Below, piece by piece: positions 8,654-18,335 of a stretch of DNA of 64,000 nucleotides; within the stretch, counting starts at the first letter, position 1, and every line of letters begins with the position of its first letter. The notes beneath the pieces were generated by a model. The model was not told the origin of the DNA. It saw only the letters and a program-made list of their open reading frames with translations, and did no database searches. Made by a program: the position numbers and the translations under genes. Source of the DNA: Candidatus Poseidoniales archaeon (GTDB lineage Archaea; Thermoplasmatota; Poseidoniia; Poseidoniales; Poseidoniaceae). The stretch is from positions 6,856 to 70,855 of the forward strand of contig QQRY01000001.1 of assembly GCA_003602575.1 (NCBI GenBank), read 5' to 3'.

Positions 8654-9022
8654 TCAGATTCTACGGATTGACGCACTATGGCGGCTCTTCGATTGTGATA
8701 GAAGCAAACTTTTCAGTTGCTTGTCAGACATAGGGGGTTTGAATGATTTCGATTCATACATGTGAATGATACTTTGTTTGATTTGATTACTTCTCTCGGG
8801 AGTTGCCAAAGAAATAGTAGCCAATCTAGATCTTGCATCTGGCGTTAGAAGTTTCTTCATTGCGGAGTCGATGGCGGAATTCTCAACTTGTTTTTGGTGT
8901 TCAGCGAATTCTGCTTCAACCTGTTTGGATGCTTGTGCTTCAATCTGCTTTTGGAGTTCTAACTTACGTTGATTTCTAAGCATTGACAATTCATCATCGT
9001 TTGATGTTGACATACTTACCAC
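8654..9022 (-). CDS. PDCD5/TFAR19-like DNA-binding protein (COG2118)
   Basis: Coiled-coil-rich sequence with the charged N-terminus and conserved C-terminal region typical of archaeal PDCD5 homologues. Conserved placement between rps19e and rpl39e. Confidence 0.7.
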   Translation of the reverse strand: MVSMSTSNDDELSMLRNQRKLELQKQIEAQASKQVEAEFAEHQKQVENSAIDSAMKKLLTPDARSRLATISLATPERSNQIKQSIIHMYESKSFKPPMSDKQLKSLLLSQSKSRHSASIRRI

Positions 9023-9037
9023 CTAACTCACACCCGA

Positions 9038-9529
9038 TTAATACTTTGATAGACCCGGGTACATTTCATTTGCAGCTTCTCTATTAGCGTGTGCTATTGA
9101 ATCTAACAACTTATGTCCTGCAGAAGTTATTCTCCTACCTGCATAAAGTTGAACCTTGCCCTCATCTGAATCTACCTCTTTCGTTGGAACCTTTTCGACA
9201 AGGCCTGCTTCTTCGAGTTGTTGGAGAGAAGTTCTAATGATGTGCCTAGATGCTACGCCGGGAGTATTAGGCATGACTCCGTTATCCTGTGAGCCACCAT
9301 ATGTTTGTGCTAAACTTGTTACGCCGATTGGACCTTCCCTTGCGACCTTGCGTAGGATAGATGCAGTTCTAATAAACCACCAGTTAGACTGCGTAGGAGG
9401 CCTTTCACGAGATGCACCAGTCTTGACATATCCAGACCAGTCAGGAGCTTCAATGCCCTTGGTTTCTGATAAATGGTCAGCTAGAGCAGGTATCAATAAT
9501 TCCGCAGGAATATCGTAAAACGTAGTCAT
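9038..9529 (-). CDS. rps19e: 30S ribosomal protein S19e
   Basis: From the internal ATG at 9529: MTTFYDIPAELLIPALADHLSE...NGVMPNTPGVASRHIIRTSLQQLEEAGLV matches S19e. The 41 codons upstream of this ATG are not S19e-like. Confidence 0.85.
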   Translation of the reverse strand: MTTFYDIPAELLIPALADHLSETKGIEAPDWSGYVKTGASRERPPTQSNWWFIRTASILRKVAREGPIGVTSLAQTYGGSQDNGVMPNTPGVASRHIIRTSLQQLEEAGLVEKVPTKEVDSDEGKVQLYAGRRITSAGHKLLDSIAHANREAANEMYPGLSKY

Positions 9530-9564
9530 ATAAACACACCGAGCAATTTGCCGACTAAACTCCC

Positions 9565-9580
9565 CTATATGAAAAGAACG
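9565..9580 (-). promoter_or_regulatory. TATA-like box (minus-strand TTCATATAGG) ~38 nt upstream of the rps19e start codon; candidate operon promoter
   Basis: AT-rich TATA-like element at the expected archaeal distance from the ATG. The same region is shared with the divergent gene at 9658. Confidence 0.3.
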
Positions 9581-9657
9581 GGTAAAACGCAATACTTTCG
9601 TGTTACCAAGGGCAACAAAATGCAAGTCTTGATGAAGGTGTATCGCTTGCACTCACC

Positions 9658-10476
9658 ATGCAGAAGGCTTTGGCTCAGAACCCTAATCTTCTTAGGACTC
9701 TGTTAGGACTTTCTTTTACCTTGATATTCATCTTAGCATACGCTGTATATGGAGCCACAGTTTCCCCTTCATACTACCTTTATCAAACAGATGCTGTAAC
9801 AACTACTCACTCAACTGCCGAGACAGAATCATTGTATGATTCTGACGAAAATACTACTACTTGGTATTGGAATATTCCAGCAAATGGTGTGAATTTAACA
9901 TGGGTTAATTTAACCGCGACTGAATTATCTGATGATTCAATTATTAAATTAATCAATGTTGGTGGACTTTACAGTAACCGGCTTTTAGGTGTAGAGGATG
10001 CAGATAAGTTCAGTTGTGAAGATTCATGCTATCAAAATACAACCCATGAGGCAATCAGTGAAGATGGTGAGGATGTTTCAATCTACTCGATGACTACCAC
10101 TGATCCTGGTAGACGCAATAACGGAACTGTATATGCCAAATCATTGGATGATGCTACAGAAAAAGCTAGAGAAATTGTAGATTATACTCACTCTCCATCA
10201 TCTATTAGAGTAGAAATCATAGAAAAGGGCGACAGGCAAACTTCGCCAACAATTATTTTGACGACTGTTAATGAGGATTTTGAAGAAATCGAAGTATTTT
10301 CAATCGATGCGGGAACAGAATTCTTATGGTCTCTTGCTGCAGTCATTGGTTGCTTTTCTATGCTCTTAATACCCTCATTCGGGCTATATTTTGCCGCACG
10401 TGCTAAAGAAAGGAAAAATGAACTTAAACTAAAGTTGGCCGAAGAGTCTGTCGATAACGTACTCCAAGAAGAATAA
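9658..10476 (+). CDS. hypothetical membrane-anchored extracytoplasmic protein
   Basis: N-terminal hydrophobic anchor LLRTLLGLSFTLIFILAYAVYGA, a Thr/Asn-rich domain, and a C-terminal TM helix followed by a basic tail. Confidence 0.45.
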   Translation: MQKALAQNPNLLRTLLGLSFTLIFILAYAVYGATVSPSYYLYQTDAVTTTHSTAETESLYDSDENTTTWYWNIPANGVNLTWVNLTATELSDDSIIKLINVGGLYSNRLLGVEDADKFSCEDSCYQNTTHEAISEDGEDVSIYSMTTTDPGRRNNGTVYAKSLDDATEKAREIVDYTHSPSSIRVEIIEKGDRQTSPTIILTTVNEDFEEIEVFSIDAGTEFLWSLAAVIGCFSMLLIPSFGLYFAARAKERKNELKLKLAEESVDNVLQEE

Positions 10477-10518
10477 GCGCCATTGCCCTCATATAGATTG
10501 TATGTTTTGGATTAAACG

Positions 10519-13500
10519 ATGCGCGGGGTAAAATTAGTATCACTAATACTTCTCGCCACATTCTTTTTAGCATCATTAAATCCGCTGGTTGAATCAAATC
10601 TAGGATTCCACGATGATTATCAGGCATCGGGTAAATCAACAGGAGTTGATCTGTCTGTGGATAGTGTTTCATTTAGTTATAGTTCGACATCTGATGAAAT
10701 GAAATATCGGATGTTTTCATCAAATTATCCAATACAGGATTTCAATAGACCAGATATTCTATTTGCAGTGGATGCAGTAATAGACGTGCCGATAATAATA
10801 GATTTCACTGTGAAGAACTTAGGGTCTACGAGTTCAGGTAACTTCAATGTCATTATATCAGTATTACACAACGAATATTCCAATTTTGAATTGCATAATG
10901 AATCAATTTCTATCAATTCAATAAACGGTGGAAACTCCGCAACAGGTCAAAAAACTATTATTCCAACATACTCAGGAAACCATACATTGAGGATTTTTCC
11001 AATCTCGAGTATAGTTGATGATAATCCAAACAACGACCAACTGCTAAGAACATTCACAGTTGCATCTAAATATTTTAATTGTGATGACTTCACTGGATGG
11101 TCAGTAGGCACTCAATGGGGTTCAAACTCTGATACAGCATTATCAGAAGGTTCAGCATGCCATGTTGGAAATGGACAAACATCCACTTATTCTAATAATC
11201 TAAACACTGCACTAATAACACCATACATGGACATGTCTGATGCAGTAAGTAATCCGTCGAGAACAAACGGTATAACATTCTTTTACACTGGTAGCATATT
11301 ATCTGGAGATATAATGAAAATCTATGTTAGCGACACAAACGGAATTTGGAATGAAATAGCCTCAGTTAGTGGAACAGTTGACCAAATTTTCACTGATGGA
11401 GCTAATTGGCAAACCTGGTCAGTAAATCATGCTGGGGCACAATCACCATTGATTCCAGTACAGCAACAATATTTCCATTCCCAAACACAGTTCAAATTTG
11501 AATTTACAAGCGATTCTACTAACGCTGATATTGGTTTATGGATGGATGAAATTGTTATCGTTTATGATCAGAAGGTGAAACCAAAAGAGTATGGAATATC
11601 TGTGAATGGAATATCATCCAATGGTGCAGTACCTGGGGGATGGGGTAAAGCAACTGTGGAATTAAGTAATACGGGAAATATCACCGAGACTTTTACCCCT
11701 GCAATATCCGGACTACCAAATAATTGGAATTTATATTACTCCACAACAACCGGTGTAAGTATAAATCCAGCATACGGAATTAATTTGATGCCAGGAGAAT
11801 CAAGACAGATTGACATCAACTTCCAACCAGAAACTTCAGCAAATCAGGGGCTATATCAAGTAACTTTCACTGGCCATTCTAAGCAATATATTACAGTCCA
11901 GTCACAACTAAATATTCAATTCCAAGTTATACCGGATAGAATTCCTGAAATAATTGGACCGTCAACTATGCCTGGTTGTCAACCAGGAAATACTTGTACA
12001 TTCGAGATAGGGGTGAGAAATGTGGGTGGAGCAACTGATGTATTTGACATCGAAATTAATTCTGCAGATATGCCTTTGGGGTGGAGCGTTGCATTGGCAT
12101 GGAATCAGCCGAGCAGTGTACTTTCACAACCCGGAGTGATAAATGAAATTCTCATGACTTACACAGTACCATCTAATGCTATACCCGATAGTGTAGGTAA
12201 ATTTGATTTCAAAGTTATTTCTCAAAATGATTCTTCAAGATTTGATTTAGAGGAAATCGAGCTGAGTGCCTCCATGGTTAGTAATGCGGAAATAGAAATG
12301 GATCAAGGTAGCCTAAATTCCAACTGGTCTATGACTCCGGGTGAAACAAGAATAATTTATTACAATATTTGGAATAATGCTTCTAGTCAAGATATCTTTA
12401 CACCTTCAGTTAAAATTAGAGAAATGGGGCAATGGATAATTGAACAACCAACGCAAACTAGTTTAGTGATTAATTCTGGCAAGAATTCTGTATTCAGTAT
12501 TTCAATTACTGCACCTGAACAATCGCAAGTAGGGGATGTTTGTCCAAAAATTACACCAGAGATTATCTCGTCAAGAAGTGGCGCAACATTCACTGGAGCG
12601 GAATTTGATGAAATAGAGGTGTCTCGTAGAGATGATTTGAGTATAGTACTAACAGATGGAAATCTAGAGTTTGAACCAGGAATGTCGAATGTGATTAGTT
12701 TAGAGATCGAAAATAAAGGCAATGGACCAAATGACGCTAAGATAGAGGTTGTTGGCATACCAGATGATTGGTCATGGGAAATGGCTTATGGAGGAATTAT
12801 GATTAATAATCCGATTAGATTATCTGCAATTTATGATTTGGATTATGCTAAGCAAATTGAACTTTACATTAATCCCAACTCAACCACCCTAGCAGGAAGT
12901 ACATACCAGTATACCATCAAGGTCTCTTCATTTGATGAGACTATTGACTATAATTACTCAGATAACGAAATAGAATTGCAAGCAACTATTTCCACTAAAC
13001 ATGATGTAGTTGTAAACACATTAGAAAGTGAAATGTTTTCAGGAGTAGGAAATTCTACATTTGTTAAAGCTTCAATACAGAATATGGGTAATACCTTCGA
13101 GAGTAATGTATTAATTAGAGCAAGAGTGAGTTCACTGGACGATAATTTGAAAATAGATCCATACTTTACGATTGGTCAAAATGGTATATTTTTCGAATTG
13201 GACCAATTCCAAACTATCAATTTAGATATCGGGCAAATGTACGACCTTGAAGTCGGATTTAAGATACCTTCAACCACGGAAATTGGAACTAAATTTGTCG
13301 TTACTTTCGACATTCAGTCAACAAATGGCAGTGGATTAGTATTTCAAACTGCACAATCGATGATTGAAGCGGACTACAGACGTTCAATGGTTGTGGAGTT
13401 ATTTTCGCAAAGTCTTGACATTATCGATGAAAGTATGGGTGCAAAAGCAAACATAAACTTGACATCGACATCTACAATTGGTGAATCTTTTACAATCAAT

Positions 13501-14097
13501 CTGGACTTACCTGAAGATTGGCAAGCTGTTTGTTCAGGAATAATATTGAGCGAGAATGGAACTATCATAGAGAATAACCCTGGCTACTTACAAGAACAAT
13601 TCACTACTACTCAATGCGAAATTTTCCCCTTGGAAGGGGAGAATTCGGGAACTGTAATGTTTAGTATAGTAAACGAAGATGGTACATTAAGTTGGACAGA
13701 GTCTAGGACATATGAATTTGAACGTAACACAGATGAATCATTCAATGTTTCAACAAATATGATTGCAGGTTCAATAGCTGGAGTACTCGCTATTGCAATT
13801 CTATCGATATTGGTCTTGAAGTTCAGAAATAGAGAAAATGATGAAGAGGACGCTCAAATAAGCAATCCAACTCCTTCCGGACCACCGATTTCAGGACCTC
13901 CTGTTTCTACCTTCGCAGTGAACAATAATCTATCGAACTCACCAAGTGTAATGATTAGCCAAAATTCACAAATCTCGCCTCAAAATTTGAATGGACCGCC
14001 GATTCCGGAATCGGGTCTACCTGAAGGTTGGACTCAAGAGCAATGGCAGTATTATGGACAAAAATACTTAGACAACTTGAACGCCGGTGGGAACTGA
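10519..14097 (+). CDS. giant (1192 aa) cell-surface protein; signal peptide, repeated beta-rich domains, C-terminal TM anchor and Pro-rich tail
   Basis: Signal peptide MRGVKLVSLILLATFFLASLNPLVES. Long Ser/Thr/Asn-rich Ig-like stretches. C-terminal IAGSIAGVLAIAILSILVL TM helix then a PSGPPISGPP tail. Confidence 0.65.
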   Translation: MRGVKLVSLILLATFFLASLNPLVESNLGFHDDYQASGKSTGVDLSVDSVSFSYSSTSDEMKYRMFSSNYPIQDFNRPDILFAVDAVIDVPIIIDFTVKNLGSTSSGNFNVIISVLHNEYSNFELHNESISINSINGGNSATGQKTIIPTYSGNHTLRIFPISSIVDDNPNNDQLLRTFTVASKYFNCDDFTGWSVGTQWGSNSDTALSEGSACHVGNGQTSTYSNNLNTALITPYMDMSDAVSNPSRTNGITFFYTGSILSGDIMKIYVSDTNGIWNEIASVSGTVDQIFTDGANWQTWSVNHAGAQSPLIPVQQQYFHSQTQFKFEFTSDSTNADIGLWMDEIVIVYDQKVKPKEYGISVNGISSNGAVPGGWGKATVELSNTGNITETFTPAISGLPNNWNLYYSTTTGVSINPAYGINLMPGESRQIDINFQPETSANQGLYQVTFTGHSKQYITVQSQLNIQFQVIPDRIPEIIGPSTMPGCQPGNTCTFEIGVRNVGGATDVFDIEINSADMPLGWSVALAWNQPSSVLSQPGVINEILMTYTVPSNAIPDSVGKFDFKVISQNDSSRFDLEEIELSASMVSNAEIEMDQGSLNSNWSMTPGETRIIYYNIWNNASSQDIFTPSVKIREMGQWIIEQPTQTSLVINSGKNSVFSISITAPEQSQVGDVCPKITPEIISSRSGATFTGAEFDEIEVSRRDDLSIVLTDGNLEFEPGMSNVISLEIENKGNGPNDAKIEVVGIPDDWSWEMAYGGIMINNPIRLSAIYDLDYAKQIELYINPNSTTLAGSTYQYTIKVSSFDETIDYNYSDNEIELQATISTKHDVVVNTLESEMFSGVGNSTFVKASIQNMGNTFESNVLIRARVSSLDDNLKIDPYFTIGQNGIFFELDQFQTINLDIGQMYDLEVGFKIPSTTEIGTKFVVTFDIQSTNGSGLVFQTAQSMIEADYRRSMVVELFSQSLDIIDESMGAKANINLTSTSTIGESFTINLDLPEDWQAVCSGIILSENGTIIENNPGYLQEQFTTTQCEIFPLEGENSGTVMFSIVNEDGTLSWTESRTYEFERNTDESFNVSTNMIAGSIAGVLAIAILSILVLKFRNRENDEEDAQISNPTPSGPPISGPPVSTFAVNNNLSNSPSVMISQNSQISPQNLNGPPIPESGLPEGWTQEQWQYYGQKYLDNLNAGGN

Positions 14098-14267
14098 TGA
14101 ACTATCCACCGCTGTGGTATGCCCTTTGGTTTATGATTTCATTTTGCGGAATTGCAACGTGGTATTTGAGGAACTTTACTCAAAAGGTGCAATTGACTAG
14201 ATTAATAGCTTTGATCGGAGTTGTTTCTATGCTAAGCATGGTATTTTGGACTTTCATTGAGTTTTGA
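14097..14267 (+). CDS. small two-TM membrane protein translationally coupled (TGATG) to the giant surface protein
   Basis: An ATG at 14097 overlaps the upstream stop. MNYPPLWYALWFMISFCGIATWYL...LIALIGVVSMLSMVFWTFIEF has two hydrophobic helices. The track's longer start at 14028 runs through the upstream gene. Confidence 0.35.
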   Translation: MNYPPLWYALWFMISFCGIATWYLRNFTQKVQLTRLIALIGVVSMLSMVFWTFIEF

Positions 14268-14276
14268 GGGATATTT

Positions 14277-14765
14277 ATGAAAATCGTAGGCATGGAAAAA
14301 CATCACATGAAGGATAAATACCCTTGCAGACTCCCGGTATGGTGGGGGAATATTGGAGAAATTGGGGCGCATCCAAATGTTCAAGGAGTTACTGGGAGAA
14401 AGGTAGTCCTAAGAATCGAAAAAAGATTTACTAGAATTGAGAAATTAATGGCTAGAATTTTCCGGGCACCACGTGAAGTAAGGCGGCCTTTAGATACGAT
14501 GAACAGTGTCTTATGGGAATTATGCGATGGAAAAAACACATTCGAGGAAATTTGTAACTACTTAGACTCCACTTTTCATGAAGATATTGCACCTGTGGTC
14601 GAGAGGACAAAACGAGGCATAGAGCAATTTAAGAGTCAAAATTTAGTAACGGTTTTAGACACTCGGTTTAATGACAAATGGGAGATAAAACGCGGAGTTA
14701 CACCACCAAATCAAACTCTCGAAGAACTAGACCCCGAGTTGGGAATCGATGTAGAGGAAGAATAG
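14277..14765 (+). CDS. PqqD-like (RiPP-recognition-element-type) small protein with a ~70-aa N-terminal extension
   Basis: MNSVLWELCDGKNTFEEICNYLDSTF...IEQFKSQNLV matches the PqqD-family pattern (N-x-x-a-x-x-iW-e-l-x-dG-x-rt-x-eeI). GAGGGA Shine-Dalgarno 6 nt upstream. Confidence 0.5.
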   Translation: MKIVGMEKHHMKDKYPCRLPVWWGNIGEIGAHPNVQGVTGRKVVLRIEKRFTRIEKLMARIFRAPREVRRPLDTMNSVLWELCDGKNTFEEICNYLDSTFHEDIAPVVERTKRGIEQFKSQNLVTVLDTRFNDKWEIKRGVTPPNQTLEELDPELGIDVEEE

Positions 14766-15527
14766 TTATTCACCGGTTGGCTCCCAAACTAGCCTCATAC
14801 CAATTCCATCACTTTTTCTAGTAGAAACCGATTTATTTCTTGCTGAACTTCTAGTAGAATCACTCTCAGTAAACCAACTTCCCCCACGATGAACATAGAA
14901 ATCTTCCAATTCAATAGTGTGAGCATCTTGTGATGATGAATGCTCAGAATAATTCTCTGCATAGTTATCTTGACACCATTCCGATACATTGCCATAAAGA
15001 TCCAAAATACCCCATGGAGTAGGTTTCTTTTGACCTACAACTTTTGTTGATGCGCCGGAATTACCTGCATGCCACCCATAATCACCTAATTCGGAATCTT
15101 TGTTCCCAAAGAACCACCTAGTTTGAGTACCTGCTCTAGCGACAAACTCCCATTCCGATTCAGTGGGTAGTCGCCATATCCCCGTTAGTCCTAAATGAAC
15201 TTCATCGCCATAAGTCTGATTTAATTTTTCAATAAAACGATTCGCATCATGCCATGATATAGATTCAACTGGCTGTAATCCTGAACTCCATCCCTCGGTA
15301 AATTTTGATGGATTATCGCCCATTACAGATGACCAATGTACTTGAGTAACTGGCCTTTCACCAATAAAAAAGGGCCTAGTGATTTCGACTTGATGGACCG
15401 GGCATTCTCTTTCCAATCCATCACCAACTTGATCGCCCATTAGAAATTTATCTGGCTCTACAAGAATATATGTTCCACCAAAGGAATCAGAAAAATTTGG
15501 ACGACTCATGGGTTTTATCACCTTCAA
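14766..15527 (-). CDS. FGE-sulfatase-fold (SUMF1/EgtB/PvdO-like) protein
   Basis: GIWRLPTESEWEFVARAG...YGNVSEWCQD...HRGGSWF are the hallmark blocks of the FGE-sulfatase domain. The Cu-binding Cys pair of true formylglycine-generating enzymes is absent. Confidence 0.75.
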   Translation of the reverse strand: MKVIKPMSRPNFSDSFGGTYILVEPDKFLMGDQVGDGLERECPVHQVEITRPFFIGERPVTQVHWSSVMGDNPSKFTEGWSSGLQPVESISWHDANRFIEKLNQTYGDEVHLGLTGIWRLPTESEWEFVARAGTQTRWFFGNKDSELGDYGWHAGNSGASTKVVGQKKPTPWGILDLYGNVSEWCQDNYAENYSEHSSSQDAHTIELEDFYVHRGGSWFTESDSTRSSARNKSVSTRKSDGIGMRLVWEPTGE

Positions 15528-16054
15528 GATAGTTTCTTTGTAGTCTCTATGACAGATTCTACAAGTTTTGTCAATCTATCTACATGATCTTCATCAACTA
15601 GATTACCTTCATCGTCAAATGCTTCTTTGACTTTACCAATGGCAAGTTGTTCAGGAACTGGCCAAGCATGAAGCCACCGTAACATAATACGCATATGATT
15701 TAGTGTATTTGCGTTTTGAACTCCACCTAGAGTCGACATTAATCCAACAGGTTTACCAGAGATGTGCTTTCCATAAATCCAATCGAAGGTATTCTTCATT
15801 GCACCAGACATAGTCCCGTGATATTCAGGAGATGCTGCTAAAATAGCATCGCAGTTTGTTACCAACTCTTGGAAGCGCTTTACATTTTCATTCTCCCAGC
15901 AGCCTTCCTCTCCAACAATCGGCAACGGGTCCGTATCCAAATCCCAAAAAATTGTTTCAACACCCATGCCTTTGGCAATATCAAGAGCATGGTTCACCAG
16001 CATTCCGCATTTCGACGTAGTCCTATACTCGCCACTTAACCCTAAAATCTTCAT
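15524..16054 (-). CDS. NAD(P)H-dependent FMN reductase (flavodoxin-like fold)
   Basis: SPEYHGTMSGAMKNTFDW matches the NADPH-dependent FMN reductase motif. A 4-nt overlap with the downstream FGE-fold gene indicates an operon. Confidence 0.75.
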   Translation of the reverse strand: MKILGLSGEYRTTSKCGMLVNHALDIAKGMGVETIFWDLDTDPLPIVGEEGCWENENVKRFQELVTNCDAILAASPEYHGTMSGAMKNTFDWIYGKHISGKPVGLMSTLGGVQNANTLNHMRIMLRWLHAWPVPEQLAIGKVKEAFDDEGNLVDEDHVDRLTKLVESVIETTKKLS

Positions 16055-16153
16055 ATTCTCACCATTTATACCAAATCGAACCGGTTATTCAATGTAAGTA
16101 TTTGACCAATCAAGGATAAGCAATGCTTAAGCAGGGTAGATGATGCCTAAAAT

Positions 16154-18325
16154 GTGAACGACATGTATGGGGATGATGTTGGCGAAAACGCGGACGAAAT
16201 TAATGATGTGGATGACGTCCAATTTCAAGTCCAATCTCAATTGATGATTGGGGAAGAGTGCTCTAAAAATGATGACCCAAAAGGAGCTTTAGCGGCTTTC
16301 AACAAGGCTATTTCATTAGACCCATCGTGTGACATGGCATGGTTTAATCGTGGCGTTCTCCTTGAAGCACAACAAGATGCAAGAGGGGCTAGGCAAGCAT
16401 TCCAGATATGTCTCGATGTAAATCCTAACCATGCACCTGCCACGGCTAACCTGTGTATATTATTGGAACGAATCGGAGATGAGAGTGGAGCATATGAAAT
16501 GTCAACTAGAGCATTGGATTTCTATCCAGGCCATCCTGCAATTATGGAGGTTAGAGAAAGATGCTCTGGCAGTGAAACTACGAAGGCAATGGAAGAAATG
16601 ACTCAAGTTGTCACTACCGACTCATTCAAAGAAGAAGATATGAATACTGCCATGGAAGAAATGGGAGTGGATGATATGAATGCAGTCTTGGAAGAAGCTG
16701 TATACCATGATTTAGATGAGAATAAGAATCTCGATATTGATGAACTCCGTTCCGCTGCAGAAGTTGTTGCGGCAACAGAAAATATTCAGGAAAAAATCGA
16801 GTTGGTTCAACCTGTCACACAATCGATTCCGCAAGAACCTGAAAATACAGTTCGAGAAGAAATTGTACAAGAATCAAGCAATTCAAGTGTAGACTTGGAT
16901 GCCTTGGTTGAAGAGGCAACCGAATATATCCGTAATGGTGACCCTGCATCCGGACTTAAAACTCTCAAACCATATTTGAAAAATGAGGCAGCAAATCATG
17001 CCCCTTCATGGAGAATTGCCGGAGGGGCAATGGCTAGATTAGATCTCGATGAACATGCAATATCAGCATTGGAACATGCACAAAAATTAGACCCTTCTAG
17101 CGCCAAGGGTTGGTTTAATTTGGGGTCTGTAAAACAAAGACTTGGATATTTAGAAGACGCAGGTACATGCTATGCAAGTGCTCTACGAGAAGACCCGAAT
17201 TATATCAAACCAGCAATAAAATGGAGTGAAACTTCCAGGGCCATTAATGATATTGAAGGATACTTAACTGCTGCTACAGTCGTAGCAACTTTGGAGCCAA
17301 ATAATCCAATTAAAATGGAGTTAATCATTACATTGATTGAATTAGCAGAAGGTGAATCAGAAGTTCTAGAACTAGCCAGTGGATTGCCACCTACACTTCC
17401 AGCAGGCCCTGATTTAGCATCCAATGCCTTAGCACTGCTAGGAGATGGACAGACGGAACTTCATGCAAGAGCACATTCTGCTATGAATAATCACGTTGAA
17501 TCTGTTACTCTTTGGAAGGCTTTGATTCAAACGGAAAAAACTAATCCGATTCTTTGGCGCGGACTCTCTAAGTCACTAAGAGCAGCGGGTGATGTGGAAA
17601 CCTCTGAAAGATGTCGGATGAAAGCTGACTCCTTAGAAAAAGTTGGTGAAATTTCAAACGACCAAATTCAAGAGAAGGTATCTCAACCAAATCAAATAGA
17701 GCCAATTCCACAAGTTGCTGCTCCTGAAATACCAGACTTACAACAACAAAATAATGCTAATGAATTATTATTGACTCCCGTAGATAAAAAGCCAGAAACA
17801 GAAATTGTTGTTGAATCAAATCCTCAAGTTGATTTGGCTAAAGCTGCCCTAGATGTTCAACAAAATTCTCTTGTTTCTGAACAATTTAAAAATCCTGTTT
17901 CGAATTCAATAGCAAATCAAGATATTTCTTGGTATAACCAAGGAGTAGCGTTGATTGAGGCAGGCAAATATAGCGAAGCATTATCCTGTTTTGATAGAGC
18001 ACTTCCTTCATTTGCCAATGATGATGAAATGGTGATTAGAATACTAAATGGTAGAGGAAATGCTTTTTATTATCTAGAAAACTATCCTGCATGTGTTGAA
18101 TCATACCATCAAGCTATGCTTATCAGACCTGAGGATGTAAGAGGTAAAACTCTGTACAACATGGGAACAGCATATGCTGAAATGGAACGATATCAAGATT
18201 CTATCAAGTGTTTTGAACAAGCCATCCCACGTGGATTGAATAAGGAAGAGATAAAGCGCACTAAAGACCAAATTCGTCGATGTAATATTCTACTAAAAGA
18301 GCAAAATAAGAAACTCAAGAAATGA
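16154..18325 (+). CDS. acidic tetratricopeptide-repeat (TPR) protein
   Basis: Multiple W-x-x-G/A-x-x-Y/F-x(n)-A-x-x-x-F-x-x-A-L/I TPR units, e.g. AWFNRGVLLEAQQDARGARQAFQICLDVNPNHA and GWFNLGSVKQRLGYLEDAGTCYASALREDPNY. Confidence 0.65.
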   Translation: MNDMYGDDVGENADEINDVDDVQFQVQSQLMIGEECSKNDDPKGALAAFNKAISLDPSCDMAWFNRGVLLEAQQDARGARQAFQICLDVNPNHAPATANLCILLERIGDESGAYEMSTRALDFYPGHPAIMEVRERCSGSETTKAMEEMTQVVTTDSFKEEDMNTAMEEMGVDDMNAVLEEAVYHDLDENKNLDIDELRSAAEVVAATENIQEKIELVQPVTQSIPQEPENTVREEIVQESSNSSVDLDALVEEATEYIRNGDPASGLKTLKPYLKNEAANHAPSWRIAGGAMARLDLDEHAISALEHAQKLDPSSAKGWFNLGSVKQRLGYLEDAGTCYASALREDPNYIKPAIKWSETSRAINDIEGYLTAATVVATLEPNNPIKMELIITLIELAEGESEVLELASGLPPTLPAGPDLASNALALLGDGQTELHARAHSAMNNHVESVTLWKALIQTEKTNPILWRGLSKSLRAAGDVETSERCRMKADSLEKVGEISNDQIQEKVSQPNQIEPIPQVAAPEIPDLQQQNNANELLLTPVDKKPETEIVVESNPQVDLAKAALDVQQNSLVSEQFKNPVSNSIANQDISWYNQGVALIEAGKYSEALSCFDRALPSFANDDEMVIRILNGRGNAFYYLENYPACVESYHQAMLIRPEDVRGKTLYNMGTAYAEMERYQDSIKCFEQAIPRGLNKEEIKRTKDQIRRCNILLKEQNKKLKK

Positions 18326-18335
18326 AGGTTTTATT

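Noticed and set aside
14766-15527. Annotation as a true formylglycine-generating enzyme (sulfatase maturase)
   Set aside because: The two Cu-binding cysteines that define catalytic FGEs are absent after the RGGSW block. Only the fold is supported.
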